Positions 9,411-19,798 of a DNA stretch of 64,000 nt are shown here, in pieces (the first letter of the stretch is position 1; every line of letters starts with the position of its first letter). The DNA lies in the NCBI GenBank assembly GCA_030603385.1, contig JAUVXW010000008.1, positions 64,001 through 128,000 of the forward strand, written 5' to 3'. A model generated the notes under the pieces. It was given only the letters and a program-made list of their open reading frames with translations. It made no database searches and was not told the DNA's origin. Made by a program: the position numbers and the translations under genes. Origin of the DNA: Promethearchaeota archaeon (lineage in GTDB: Archaea; Asgardarchaeota; Lokiarchaeia; Sigyniarchaeales; SOKP01).

Positions 9411-9923
9411 GAACACTGTGATTCCTTTAAAATTCTATATAAGGTCTCGATACTCATTTTAATTCAGAGATAGGAAAAATTAATCATTGTAAACCATCAA
9501 CCTTCTCCCTCAAACCATATAATATATTTATGCCCAGAACTTTCTTTAAATCTTTTTTTATTACATTTGCTAATTTTGTACTCACCTTTTCAACTTATTT
9601 TCTTACTTTTCTTACTTTCCTAATATATTTAAACTTAATTATAAAAATATAAGCAGACTTTTTATTCAACCATTATATTTATTTAAAACATATATTATAT
9701 CAGTTATATTTTAAAATATATAATAGCTACAGCTTATTACAGCAAGAATATTACTCAAAAAAGAGAAAAAAATGAAAATTTTAGCAGTCCATAGAACTAA
9801 TGGTAATACTAAATTTCTTAAAGTGTTTTTAAATCAAATTATGAGAGGTCAAACAAAATCTTCTTAATTAAAGGATTTTTTTAGTATTGTAAATGATATA
9901 TTTCTGGTGCATTTCATTATATA

Positions 9924-10478
9924 TTAAATAATAGGGCTGATAACATGAGTACAATTTGGATGTTGGGGTATTGTTTTTGCATAACGATTATAATTTTCGT
10001 TTTCATATATATCAATAAGCTTATTGTATAAAGGCTTCACTTTATGTTTTTTTCCTGCCATCTCCGTAGTACATAATGTATTATGATCTTCATACTGAGA
10101 ATGTGGAATAAAGCAATCCTCTTCTCCAGAATCATTTAAAATCTCCATAACTGCTTGATTATAAAATCTGCTTAATTGGATTCGTACCAAGCGTTCTGCC
10201 CAATCTCGAGTAAATACTCTACTATTATCTGCATATTTTGATGTATTTCTAGGTATTTTATTTTGAACTTGATGGTATGCTGTATTTAAATCAGGAATTT
10301 CTCCCATTATCAATTTTTGAAGAATCTTAATAAATTCCTTTTTTCTACTCTCCTCTTCGATTACTTTTCCTGCTGTTGGTCTAGTTTCGATTAATTTTAT
10401 TATTTTATTCTTTAGTTTATGATTTTTTGATAAAACATGTAATATTTCATAAAAGTTATTGGCATATAGCTCACTCAA
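9924..10478 (-). CDS. hypothetical protein with C-terminal HPNCTH metal-binding motif
   Basis: 184-aa ORF, TTG start after AGGCGG; CFIPH...C...HPNCTH. Confidence 0.7.
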   Translation of the reverse strand: MSELYANNFYEILHVLSKNHKLKNKIIKLIETRPTAGKVIEEESRKKEFIKILQKLIMGEIPDLNTAYHQVQNKIPRNTSKYADNSRVFTRDWAERLVRIQLSRFYNQAVMEILNDSGEEDCFIPHSQYEDHNTLCTTEMAGKKHKVKPLYNKLIDIYENENYNRYAKTIPQHPNCTHVISPII

Positions 10479-11172
10479 TTTAATTTACCGCCTACTATAT
10501 TTTATTATTTTTTCATTTTTAAATTAATATTTTCTATAATACTATTTTGAGATACTTAAGGTTTGTAGGTGGTATGGAAATTTAAATATATGTTGTATTT
10601 GGATAATAGCCTACTATTAATGGGAATCCCGACCTTAGGATCCTGAACTGCATGGTGATACCAGGTTTCGTATCGTCTTTATCCTGAAAAGATCGCTTTC
10701 CTCTCATATCACTTGAACTTATAATGTCGATCACATACAAAAATATACACCTCATTTCATTAATATTAGAGATCTTTACATTATAGGTTTTTTTTTTCAT
10801 ATTTAATTAAAAATAATAAAATCTCAAGATCTAAAATAGTTTATAGTAGTATAAAGTATTTTCAGCTTATAATTATTTACAAAATTTAAGGGAAGTTTAT
10901 AAAGAAAGAATTAAAGAAAAGATCTTTAAGTTATTTATAAAGGCAAAATTGTACGATGCAAAAAATGAAAGTATATAAACACATAATCATATATAATTGA
11001 ATAGATGTGGAATTAGCTAAATTTAAACATATAAAATTTATGTATATAATCATTAGATTATTAAAAATAGGTTTTCTTGATAAAAATGCAAAATATTTGA
11101 ATTTTTATAGGAGATTTTTTAAATTATATAAAAATTGATTAATATTCGTATATTTAAAACATTCTTAGACAA

Positions 11173-13689
11173 ATGAAAGATAAAAACATAGAAAAAGAAA
11201 ACAGTTATCAAGAAGGAAAAGAAAGATATTCAAATGGAAAGGCATTTCAAAATGAATTGCATATTAATGGGTATTATAATTGTGATAATCAAGAATTAGA
11301 CAATATGGATTTACAACATAATACCGATGAAATCCCTGTTTCCGGAGAAATATTTGATTATCTAAAATCTTGGGACAAAGAATTTAAAGACAATAATAAA
11401 AGCTATTGTGTTAAACAACAGGACAAATTAAATGAAAGTAATGATTATTATGAGAAGGATGTCTATAAAACAAGCCAATCATCGGAAAATAGTGAACCAA
11501 ATGTTTGTAATAAGTTGTTTAACACTGATTGTAAGGAAAATACTGATAATATTGTAAAAGAATCATTTGTAGTCTCGCTAAGTCTAAGAGATAAATTGTT
11601 TGAAGATTTCTTAGTCCAGAAAGAAGATATCGAAAAATGTAAGTATATCCCAAAATTTAGAGATTTCCAAAATATACCTAAATATGAAGGGCTTACCAAA
11701 AAATACTTTAGTCATGTTAGAAATGAATGGTTCAGGGAAATTCTGCATAAGGATAGCTTTATAGAATACCGAAATGAAATAATGTTAAAAAATTTTTTTC
11801 AAAATGATAAAAAGTTATTTAATTTAATCCAGAGTAATCAATATCCTGAAGGTGTTCTAATTTATAATCTTATTAAACATTTAGATTTATCGTTTCCAAA
11901 ATTAGAAAAAGCAATTTATGGAACTAATAACAATAATATAATAAGAGTATTACAAAATCTAGGTGTCTTTAAATGGGAAGGTTTAACCTCAAAAATTAAG
12001 AGTTTCATTTTATCAATAAAGGACATATCTTTAAAACAACAAGCTATAAAAGAGTTCCAGAAATACTTAAAAACTAAAGTTTATAATGGGTTTAAACGAA
12101 ATAATTTTCCAAGAATTGAAAAATTTACATTAAAAGATTATCCAGAAGGTTGGTTAATTTTGAAATTATGTGAAATCAGTTTAATTTCTGATACAAAATT
12201 AGGAAAATTGATTGATTATAGTGATTTACCTTATCACTTAACAGAATTAAGACGTTTCAAAGGAAATAGAATTGAGAGCATAAAGAATTTTATCTCTAAT
12301 ATCGATGATAAAGAAAAAAAAGAGAAATCTTTTGTAATTCTATCGAATTATATTAAGTTTATTGTATTTTCTCAACTTAATAGAGAGGGTGTAAAAGAAA
12401 TCGATGAATTTTTGGATATTAATCCAAAAAAATGGTTAATATATAATTTATGTGTTATTTATTTAATAGTAATTCGAGATTTTGGTAAAAAAATTGATTA
12501 TAAAGATATTATAACATCTGTTCACACACGATATGACTTTTCAGATATAATAATCAAAAGAATTCGCAACTTTATAAATAAAACAGATGATCTCCAGAAA
12601 AAAGAGATTGCGACGCAAGTTTTGAGTATATATTTGAAGAGAGCCATTTATAATAAATTAAAACAAATTGATTTACCTAATTACAAAAAATTCAAAAGTA
12701 AGATGCACCCTGCACTATGGTTAATAGTTCAGATTTGTTCGATTTATTTACTACATCCTTTTGAGTTAGAAAAGCTCATTAATTATAGTGAATTATCAAA
12801 ACGCTTGAAAGTTATATCGTATTTTACTAATACCACAATAACTAAACTTAGAAAGTTTATTAGGTATAGTGGGACATCGAAACAAAGACAAATAGCTAGA
12901 GATATAATAAATAGATTTCTTGAGGTTAGAAATGAAGAATTTCAAAGATATACTGGACCAAAGGTTCAGAATTTAAAAATGATAAATAATTATTCTGAAT
13001 TGGTCAATCATTTAGAATATGTATATAAATTAGGAACATTTCCTGAAGAAATTTTAGAAGGATATCATGAATATCCACGTATATCAAGATTTAACCAACA
13101 ATTTAGATTTATTTCCATTGAAAAGAAGAGAGTTTTTATTAAAAAAATGATTTCAGATGGATTAATCAAAAAAGTTGACAGCAACGATTCTAAAATTCAT
13201 AATTCAGTTTATAACTTAATAGAATTATCAAAAAATAAGTATTATAAACCTTCTGAGATTTATAATACACACAATAGCCCTGGTCATGAGTCTGTTTTAA
13301 ATAAAATATTAGAGGAAGATTCTAATTCCGTATGTCTGGAAATTCCTATTTGGATGTGGCATAAAGACCATTACTTGACAGGTCATATTGATTTAATCCT
13401 TGTCATGGATGATATCATATATATATGCGATTATAAACCGGAAGAGACTCCAATTCCCGAAACTACTCGATTATCATATTCATTCATGAGATCTATTCCA
13501 CAAGTGGCCTCATATGCATTAGTTTTAAAGAATTTATTTAACATTACTGATATAATGTGCATTACATTCAATAAAAGTGGAGCTTGGATATATGAACCAA
13601 AAACAACTTTAACACACTTAAACAATTTTATTAAAAAAAATAAACAATATAAAGCGAGTGATAGACCTTGGGAAAAGTATTTCCTATGA
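11173..13689 (+). CDS. large protein with four ~95-aa internal repeats and C-terminal PD-(D/E)XK (Cas4/RecB-like) nuclease
   Basis: H...EIPIW...TGHIDL...ICDYKP...QVASYA motif; repeats begin YPEGVLIY / YPEGWLIL / NPKKWLIY / HPALWLIV. Confidence 0.75.
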   Translation: MKDKNIEKENSYQEGKERYSNGKAFQNELHINGYYNCDNQELDNMDLQHNTDEIPVSGEIFDYLKSWDKEFKDNNKSYCVKQQDKLNESNDYYEKDVYKTSQSSENSEPNVCNKLFNTDCKENTDNIVKESFVVSLSLRDKLFEDFLVQKEDIEKCKYIPKFRDFQNIPKYEGLTKKYFSHVRNEWFREILHKDSFIEYRNEIMLKNFFQNDKKLFNLIQSNQYPEGVLIYNLIKHLDLSFPKLEKAIYGTNNNNIIRVLQNLGVFKWEGLTSKIKSFILSIKDISLKQQAIKEFQKYLKTKVYNGFKRNNFPRIEKFTLKDYPEGWLILKLCEISLISDTKLGKLIDYSDLPYHLTELRRFKGNRIESIKNFISNIDDKEKKEKSFVILSNYIKFIVFSQLNREGVKEIDEFLDINPKKWLIYNLCVIYLIVIRDFGKKIDYKDIITSVHTRYDFSDIIIKRIRNFINKTDDLQKKEIATQVLSIYLKRAIYNKLKQIDLPNYKKFKSKMHPALWLIVQICSIYLLHPFELEKLINYSELSKRLKVISYFTNTTITKLRKFIRYSGTSKQRQIARDIINRFLEVRNEEFQRYTGPKVQNLKMINNYSELVNHLEYVYKLGTFPEEILEGYHEYPRISRFNQQFRFISIEKKRVFIKKMISDGLIKKVDSNDSKIHNSVYNLIELSKNKYYKPSEIYNTHNSPGHESVLNKILEEDSNSVCLEIPIWMWHKDHYLTGHIDLILVMDDIIYICDYKPEETPIPETTRLSYSFMRSIPQVASYALVLKNLFNITDIMCITFNKSGAWIYEPKTTLTHLNNFIKKNKQYKASDRPWEKYFL

Positions 13690-13783
13690 TTATGAATTAA
13701 AATCTATTATTTTTTTAGAAAAAAATTAAAACAAGAAGAAAATTTACTTATTTAGTTAATTATTACCTTAAAAGGGATAAATA

Positions 13784-15220
13784 ATGTCATTTATACAGCA
13801 TAAAGAATTGAAATCATATTTTGGGATTATTTTAGGAAATAGAGACGTATTTCCAAATCATTTAGTAAAAGAAGGTAGAAAAGATATTATAGATGTAATG
13901 AATGAATTAGGATATCACTATGTTATTTTAGATGAGGAAGCCACACCACTGGGGGCAGTTGAGACGTACTCAGATGCTAAGAAATGTGCAGAACTTTTCA
14001 AAAAGAATTCTGATAAAATTTTGGGGATAATTTTATGTCTTTGCAATTTTGGTGACGAGAAAGCCGTAGCCAACACACTAAAACTTGCTGATCTCAATGT
14101 TCCTGTTTTAATTCAAGCATGTTCAGATGAGATTAGTAAGATGGATCGAGAACATCGAAGAGATGCGTTTTGTGGAAAAATTTCTGTTACAAGCGTATTA
14201 TATCAACATGGAATTCCATTTACTCTAACAAAATATCACACTTGCGCAATAAAATCGGATTTTTTCAAAGATGATCTTCACCGATTTGAAAAAATATGCA
14301 AGATTGTGAGCAAGCTTAGGAATGCGAGGTTGGGTCAAATTGGCACAAGACCCAATGCATTTGAGACTGTTAGATATAGTGAAAAAATTTTGGAATTTAA
14401 CGGGATAAGTGTAGAACCAATAGATCTATCAGAAATTTTTGGATTAATTGAAAAATTAAAGGATAATGATCCAAAAGTAAAAGATAAGATTGACATTATA
14501 AAGAATTATACCTCTACATCTTCATTTCCAGAAGATGGTATTCTTAAACTTGCAAAATTAGCTGTTGTTATTGAAAATTGGGTAAAAACAAATGACTTAG
14601 ATGGATTTGCTTTTCAGTGCTGGCCTTCAATACAAGATAACTTTGGGATCGTCCCATGTGCTGTCATGAGTATGTTTAGCGAAGGACTTATTCCAGCAGC
14701 GTGTGAAGTCGATATCTCGGGATTAATAAGTATGTTAATATTACAAATTGCTTCTGAAACGCCCTCAGCAATTTTAGACTGGAATAATAATTATGGAGAT
14801 GATCCTAATAAAATGGTTCTATTCCATTGCAGTAATTTACCAAAATCTTTTTTTCAAGATACGCGAATGACTATTCATCCCATAATTTCTGATCAAAAAG
14901 GTGGAGAGGTAAGTTTTGGAGCAATTCAAGGTCGTATTAAAACCAAACCTTGTACATTATTAAGGATTGAAACAGATGACTTATATGGTGATATTAAAGC
15001 CATCATAGCAGAAGGAAAATATACTGAGGATTCTCTAAACACTTTTGGAGGATACGGAGTAGTTGAGATTCTTAATTTACAATTCTTATTGAAATCTCTA
15101 TGTTTAGGAGGATTCGCTCATCATGTAGCATCAACTTTAAATGAAGTTGGTGATATTGTCTATGAAGCTATTTCAAAATATCTTAATTATAACGTAGAAT
15201 TTCATAATAAGAATATTTAA
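13784..15220 (+). CDS. L-fucose/L-arabinose isomerase family protein
   Basis: RRDAFCGKIS, QCWP, ACEVD, FHCSN, GFAHH motifs. Confidence 0.8.
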   Translation: MSFIQHKELKSYFGIILGNRDVFPNHLVKEGRKDIIDVMNELGYHYVILDEEATPLGAVETYSDAKKCAELFKKNSDKILGIILCLCNFGDEKAVANTLKLADLNVPVLIQACSDEISKMDREHRRDAFCGKISVTSVLYQHGIPFTLTKYHTCAIKSDFFKDDLHRFEKICKIVSKLRNARLGQIGTRPNAFETVRYSEKILEFNGISVEPIDLSEIFGLIEKLKDNDPKVKDKIDIIKNYTSTSSFPEDGILKLAKLAVVIENWVKTNDLDGFAFQCWPSIQDNFGIVPCAVMSMFSEGLIPAACEVDISGLISMLILQIASETPSAILDWNNNYGDDPNKMVLFHCSNLPKSFFQDTRMTIHPIISDQKGGEVSFGAIQGRIKTKPCTLLRIETDDLYGDIKAIIAEGKYTEDSLNTFGGYGVVEILNLQFLLKSLCLGGFAHHVASTLNEVGDIVYEAISKYLNYNVEFHNKNI

Positions 15221-15362
15221 ATCTTTTTTATTTCATTTTTCTTTTAAGAAATTACTTGACTAATTTGTATGCCTGTATTCAGATTATATATTTATATAGA
15301 AGTATATCTAAATACTTTTAATAGAATTTCAGAATCAGTAGAAATTCCAAATCTTTAACAAA

Positions 15363-15911
15363 ATGATTACAATGAGTGAAGTTATAATAACTCAAAAATT
15401 AACCTCAAAGAAATATGTTTCTTCAATTTGTTGTCTAAGTTTCATAATATTAGTATTCTACATAGGTTTAGGTGTATTCCCTAACGTCATTGAACCTGGT
15501 ATAGTAGCCGCTCTTGCTTCAACTCTCTTTATTTTAATTCTTGGAGGGGTAAGTATATTTTTTTTATTTTATCTTTTATGGAGATATCGTGGTACTGGTA
15601 AAGTAAGAACATTTTCTATTTCAGATGAATTAATAAAAATAATGGTTCCCAAAAAGCATAATTTTCAAATAAATTGGTCTAATTTTGATACTATTCAAAT
15701 GTATAAACATATTTCTAGATCACAACTTGCTAATTACAAGATCTATAAAATTAATTTCCTTTTAAATAATAATATAATTCAGGATGTTGATATTGAATTA
15801 TCAGTAGATTTTAGCAAAGGAAAATGTAAACAGATTAGATCTTTATTAAATCAATATGCTGTAAGAATGAATAAAGAATATTTCTGGGGTAAAAGAAGAA
15901 AAAAAAAATGA
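15363..15911 (+). CDS. two-TM membrane protein with soluble C-terminal domain
   Basis: Two hydrophobic helices in a 182-aa ORF. Confidence 0.7.
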   Translation: MITMSEVIITQKLTSKKYVSSICCLSFIILVFYIGLGVFPNVIEPGIVAALASTLFILILGGVSIFFLFYLLWRYRGTGKVRTFSISDELIKIMVPKKHNFQINWSNFDTIQMYKHISRSQLANYKIYKINFLLNNNIIQDVDIELSVDFSKGKCKQIRSLLNQYAVRMNKEYFWGKRRKKK

Positions 15912-16014
15912 TTCTTGAAGATATTTTATATGAAGTATTAGTAACTAATTTAGGATGGAATGTTAGCGTACTTACAAAGTAAATTCAGGTTCTAATAAAT
16001 ACAAACCTAAAAAT

Positions 16015-17109
16015 TTATTTTTTTCTTTTTATTAAAAGATCCTTTTGGAAAAACCCTGAATCGATAAGTTTACTTCTCTCGTCATTCATATGAGTTAATA
16101 AATCAAATGGATAAAAAATTTGACTATCATTATGGTAATTTAAGACACGTTTCCGAGTTAAATATATTGAATATTCAGAAATGTCGCATCCAATCCATCT
16201 TCTTTTTAACTTTTCTGCGGCTAAAAGAGTAGTGCCTGATCCACAAAAAAAGTCAGCAACTAAATCTCCCTCATTAGAACCAAGCTTTATTAATCTCTCA
16301 AGTAAAGAATGATGCTTTTGTGTGGGGAATCCTGTCCATTCTTTTGAAGCAGGTTGTAAACAAGGGATCTTCCAGACATCATCTAATTTTTTATCATTGA
16401 CAATACGATATCGTACATGTCCATTCTCATCTTTTAAATTTTTCAATACACCATTAACATTAATCCTCATTAGCTGCTTCCTTGGTTTCTTACGAGGGAG
16501 TCTGATTTCATTAAAAGTGTAATTATCCGATTTGGAATATACCAAGATGTTATCATGTGCGCGTGGTAAGTTTTTTTTCCCTGCAGAATATTTATTATAG
16601 TAATACCATATTATATTATTTACAAAATTATTTTCTCCAAAAACCTCATCTAGTATCAATCTTATATAATGACTCGCATGCCAATCTAGGTGAATAAACA
16701 ATAACCCTGTGTTTGATAATAATTTTCTAAACAAGGTTATCCTCTGGTAAAACATTTGTAAATATGAATCTAAATCCTTATTCCAGTGATCATAATAAGC
16801 AATTGAATCAAAAGTCTCGTTTTTTTCTGTAATTTCAATTTTATAATTAACGCCAGAAAAAAAAGGGGGATCTACGTAAATTAAATCAATTTTATTTTCA
16901 AATTCATTTAACAAGTGGCATAAAACTTCTAAATTTTGTCCCCAGAATAATTTGTTTTTCCAACCTTTATAGGATGATCTAACTGGAATTTCTTCATTAT
17001 CTAAACATGCTTGAATCATAAAGGATTCAAAAAAATTGGAAAATTCTTTTTTTAGATTATCTAATTTTAAAGTAATATCTGCCTTATTCTTCCAAATTAA
17101 GTTAACCAT
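16015..17109 (-). CDS. site-specific DNA methyltransferase (N4/N6, beta class, Mod-like), orphan
   Basis: DPPF precedes DFFCGSGTT; FPTQK; no restriction nuclease adjacent. Confidence 0.88.
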   Translation of the reverse strand: MVNLIWKNKADITLKLDNLKKEFSNFFESFMIQACLDNEEIPVRSSYKGWKNKLFWGQNLEVLCHLLNEFENKIDLIYVDPPFFSGVNYKIEITEKNETFDSIAYYDHWNKDLDSYLQMFYQRITLFRKLLSNTGLLFIHLDWHASHYIRLILDEVFGENNFVNNIIWYYYNKYSAGKKNLPRAHDNILVYSKSDNYTFNEIRLPRKKPRKQLMRINVNGVLKNLKDENGHVRYRIVNDKKLDDVWKIPCLQPASKEWTGFPTQKHHSLLERLIKLGSNEGDLVADFFCGSGTTLLAAEKLKRRWIGCDISEYSIYLTRKRVLNYHNDSQIFYPFDLLTHMNDERSKLIDSGFFQKDLLIKRKK

Positions 17110-17132
17110 TCTAATATAATAAAAAGAATTTT

Positions 17133-17867
17133 TTATGTGCTTTCTACTTTCTCGATTAAATCATCAAACTCTTTATCTGATAGAAAACCCTTATGAGCCA
17201 TTATACCCTTGATCTCTTCCATAAGTTGAGGTGCTCCTTTTGCTTCAGAAATGGTTTCTTCAAGGTATTCAATTTTTAGTTTAAGGGCGTTTATTTCCTT
17301 TGTTTGGGAATCTCGTTCATCTTTAAGGCTTTCGATTTCTACATATTTATCTGAAATAGTTGTCTGCAGTTCTTTTTTAAGATCTGCAATTTCATTTTCT
17401 CTTTGCTGTAATTCATCTTTAACACCTGTCTTTTCACTTTCTAAATTGTCTTTTGCTTCTTTTTTTTCTCTTTCTAAGGTTTCTGCCTTTAAAGAAGATT
17501 CTTTTAACTTATTTTCTAATTCTGTAATTTTAGAATTAGCTTCTGACAAATTATCTTCTAATTCTGTTTTGGATGATTTAAATTTAGTAATCTCCGCATC
17601 TGCATAAAGCTTCTCTTCTCTTGCTCGTTCGAAATTTTTTTGTGTTTCCAAAAGACTCTGTGACTGTTCCTCTGCCTTTTTCGATACATCTGAGAATTTT
17701 TCTTTAGTTGATTTAAGATCAACTGAAGTCTTTTCTAGGTCTTTTGTTTTTTGAGCTAGTTGCTTTTCTAAATTATTAATTTTAGATCTTAGATCTAACA
17801 AGAACTTTCCCTCAACAGGTAATTTCTTATCAGGACGTGTTTCGGCCTTAGCCCAGTCGATTGATAT
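17133..17867 (-). CDS. long coiled-coil protein, paralogue of 18010..18735; start probably ATA at 17867
   Basis: Upstream in-frame ISIDWAKAETRPDKKLPVEGKFLL matches paralogue MGIDWVRVEENPKKKHSVEGKILL; SD AGGTGA; C-term KGFLSDKEF. Confidence 0.8.
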   Translation of the reverse strand: MSIDWAKAETRPDKKLPVEGKFLLDLRSKINNLEKQLAQKTKDLEKTSVDLKSTKEKFSDVSKKAEEQSQSLLETQKNFERAREEKLYADAEITKFKSSKTELEDNLSEANSKITELENKLKESSLKAETLEREKKEAKDNLESEKTGVKDELQQRENEIADLKKELQTTISDKYVEIESLKDERDSQTKEINALKLKIEYLEETISEAKGAPQLMEEIKGIMAHKGFLSDKEFDDLIEKVEST

Positions 17868-18009
17868 CTCACTTTCACCTTTAGATATATAAATTTTTTA
17901 TTTTTATTTTACTGTATATTTATTTTCTTAAAATCTATTATATATAAATTTTACATTAAAATATTTAATACACTAGGGTTTTCATAATTATTTTAATAAC
18001 TGTACTTTA

Positions 18010-18735
18010 TTACTGCACAGTTGAGTAAATCTCTTCAAATTCCTTATCTGAAAGAAAACCCTTAACATCTAATAACTCTTTAATTTTTTTTATTACGCTT
18101 AATATCTCTTCTGATTTTGCTATTTGTTCCTCAATAGATTCGACCCTTTTAATTTGATAAGAAATTTTTCCTTTTTCAACCTCTAAATTCTTTTTAAGGA
18201 ACTCAATTTCTTTATCTCGTTGCCCTAATAGAGATTTTGAATTTTGTATTTCTTTTTCCTTATCTAATAAATTTTTAGCTTTACTTAGCAAATCTTCTTC
18301 TTTAGTTTGGATTTCTTTTTCTTTTCGTAATATTCTTTGCTCTACTTCCTCAGATTTCTTCACAGCAAGTTTTAATTGACTTTCCAATGTCGTAATTTTT
18401 TTAGTAGATTCATTTAATTTTTCCTCTAAATCGGATTTTGCTGCCGTCAATTGCGTAACCTTAATGTCTGCATGAAGTTTCTCTTCATTAATTTTATCAA
18501 GTGATTTTCTAGCCGAAGACTTTTTTAGAGTAAGTTCAATCAAACTTTTCTCTCGTCCTGCTAATTTTCTTTTCGTAATTTCTAAATCTTCGGCAATTTT
18601 TTCTAATTCTTTAACAAGTTCATTTAACCTTTGTTCTAAATCCTTATTTTTCGTTCTAAATTCTAATAAAATCTTACCCTCTACAGAGTGTTTCTTTTTG
18701 GGGTTTTCCTCTACTCTTACCCAGTCTATACCCAT
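18010..18735 (-). CDS. long coiled-coil protein with conserved IDW head and KGFLSDKEF tail
   Basis: Heptad-rich; shared EEKLxAD and terminal motifs with its neighbour. Confidence 0.8.
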   Translation of the reverse strand: MGIDWVRVEENPKKKHSVEGKILLEFRTKNKDLEQRLNELVKELEKIAEDLEITKRKLAGREKSLIELTLKKSSARKSLDKINEEKLHADIKVTQLTAAKSDLEEKLNESTKKITTLESQLKLAVKKSEEVEQRILRKEKEIQTKEEDLLSKAKNLLDKEKEIQNSKSLLGQRDKEIEFLKKNLEVEKGKISYQIKRVESIEEQIAKSEEILSVIKKIKELLDVKGFLSDKEFEEIYSTVQ

Positions 18736-18904
18736 ATTAATCCACTAATTTTGTTAATAAGAAGTTCAATATTTATTATTTTATTATTTTAAAATTTACT
18801 TCTTTATTAAATCTTTAAAATTAAATTAATTTTTCATAAAAAATAATTATTTTAGTGAAAAATCATTGATTATATAAGATTAAATAAGGATAGATATATT
18901 TTTC

Positions 18905-19707
18905 ATGGTTAAAATTGAAATTGGAACTGCAGGATGGGATATAAAGACTGGGTTGGTCCTTTTTATCCAAAACAGTTAGAGAGAAGCCATCATTTGGAAT
19001 ATTTTTCTAAATACTTTGATGTTGTGGAGATTAATTCTACTTTTTATAATCTCCCCTCTATAGATATGGTTAGAAATTGGAAATTACGTGTTCCTGCAAA
19101 TTTTTGTTTTATTGTTAAAGTGTGGCAAAAAATTACTCATAATCTTGATGATCCTGATTTAGATTCACACATTGTAAAGTTCTTTTCTACAATAGAACAT
19201 CTAAATGGTAAAATTAAGGCGTTTCTATTACAATTCCCACCTTGGTTTAAATACACCGAAAACCATTTTGAAAAATTAAAATCATTACTAAATGAACTTC
19301 CTTTAGAATATAAGTATATTATTGAATTAAGAGATAATTCTTGGTTTAATCCTGAAATTCTAGCTAAGTTAATTGATAGGGAAAAAAGAATACTTGGAAC
19401 AACATATATGCCTGGAGTTATAGCCTATTATATGGAAAATCAAAAATTTTATTATATTAGGCTAATTGGAGATAGAAAACTCACTATTTTTAATCGAATT
19501 CAAAGAGATCAAAAGGATGCTCTAATTGACCTCTATAAGAACGTTCAAAATTTGATGAACATACCTGAGATATCTGAAATATTTATTATTGTGAATAATC
19601 ATTTCCAAGGTTCGGCTCCTGAAAGTGTAACTAATTTAAGAAAGAAATTTGGAATATCTTATAACAGTTTTAATAAGCAAAGAAGCTTGTCAGAATATTT
19701 AAAATGA
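18905..19707 (+). CDS. DUF72 family protein with an apparent 1-nt frameshift near 18940
   Basis: ATG 18905 gives MVKIEIGTAGW in one frame; YKDW...VEINSTFY...LLQFPP...NNHFQG continues in another. Confidence 0.8.
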
Positions 19708-19798
19708 AATCTTTTAATGATAATGCATTCGCTTTTGGATTTTTAAATCGCTCTTTTGAATAAGAAAGTTTAAATATATTGAGTTTAACTAATTTTTT

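Noticed and set aside
10582-10800. 72-aa ORF
   Set aside because: No recognisable motif; other frames contain stops; probably a decayed remnant.
13200-13689. Cas4 / CRISPR-associated call
   Set aside because: No Fe-S cysteines and no cas genes or array in the window.
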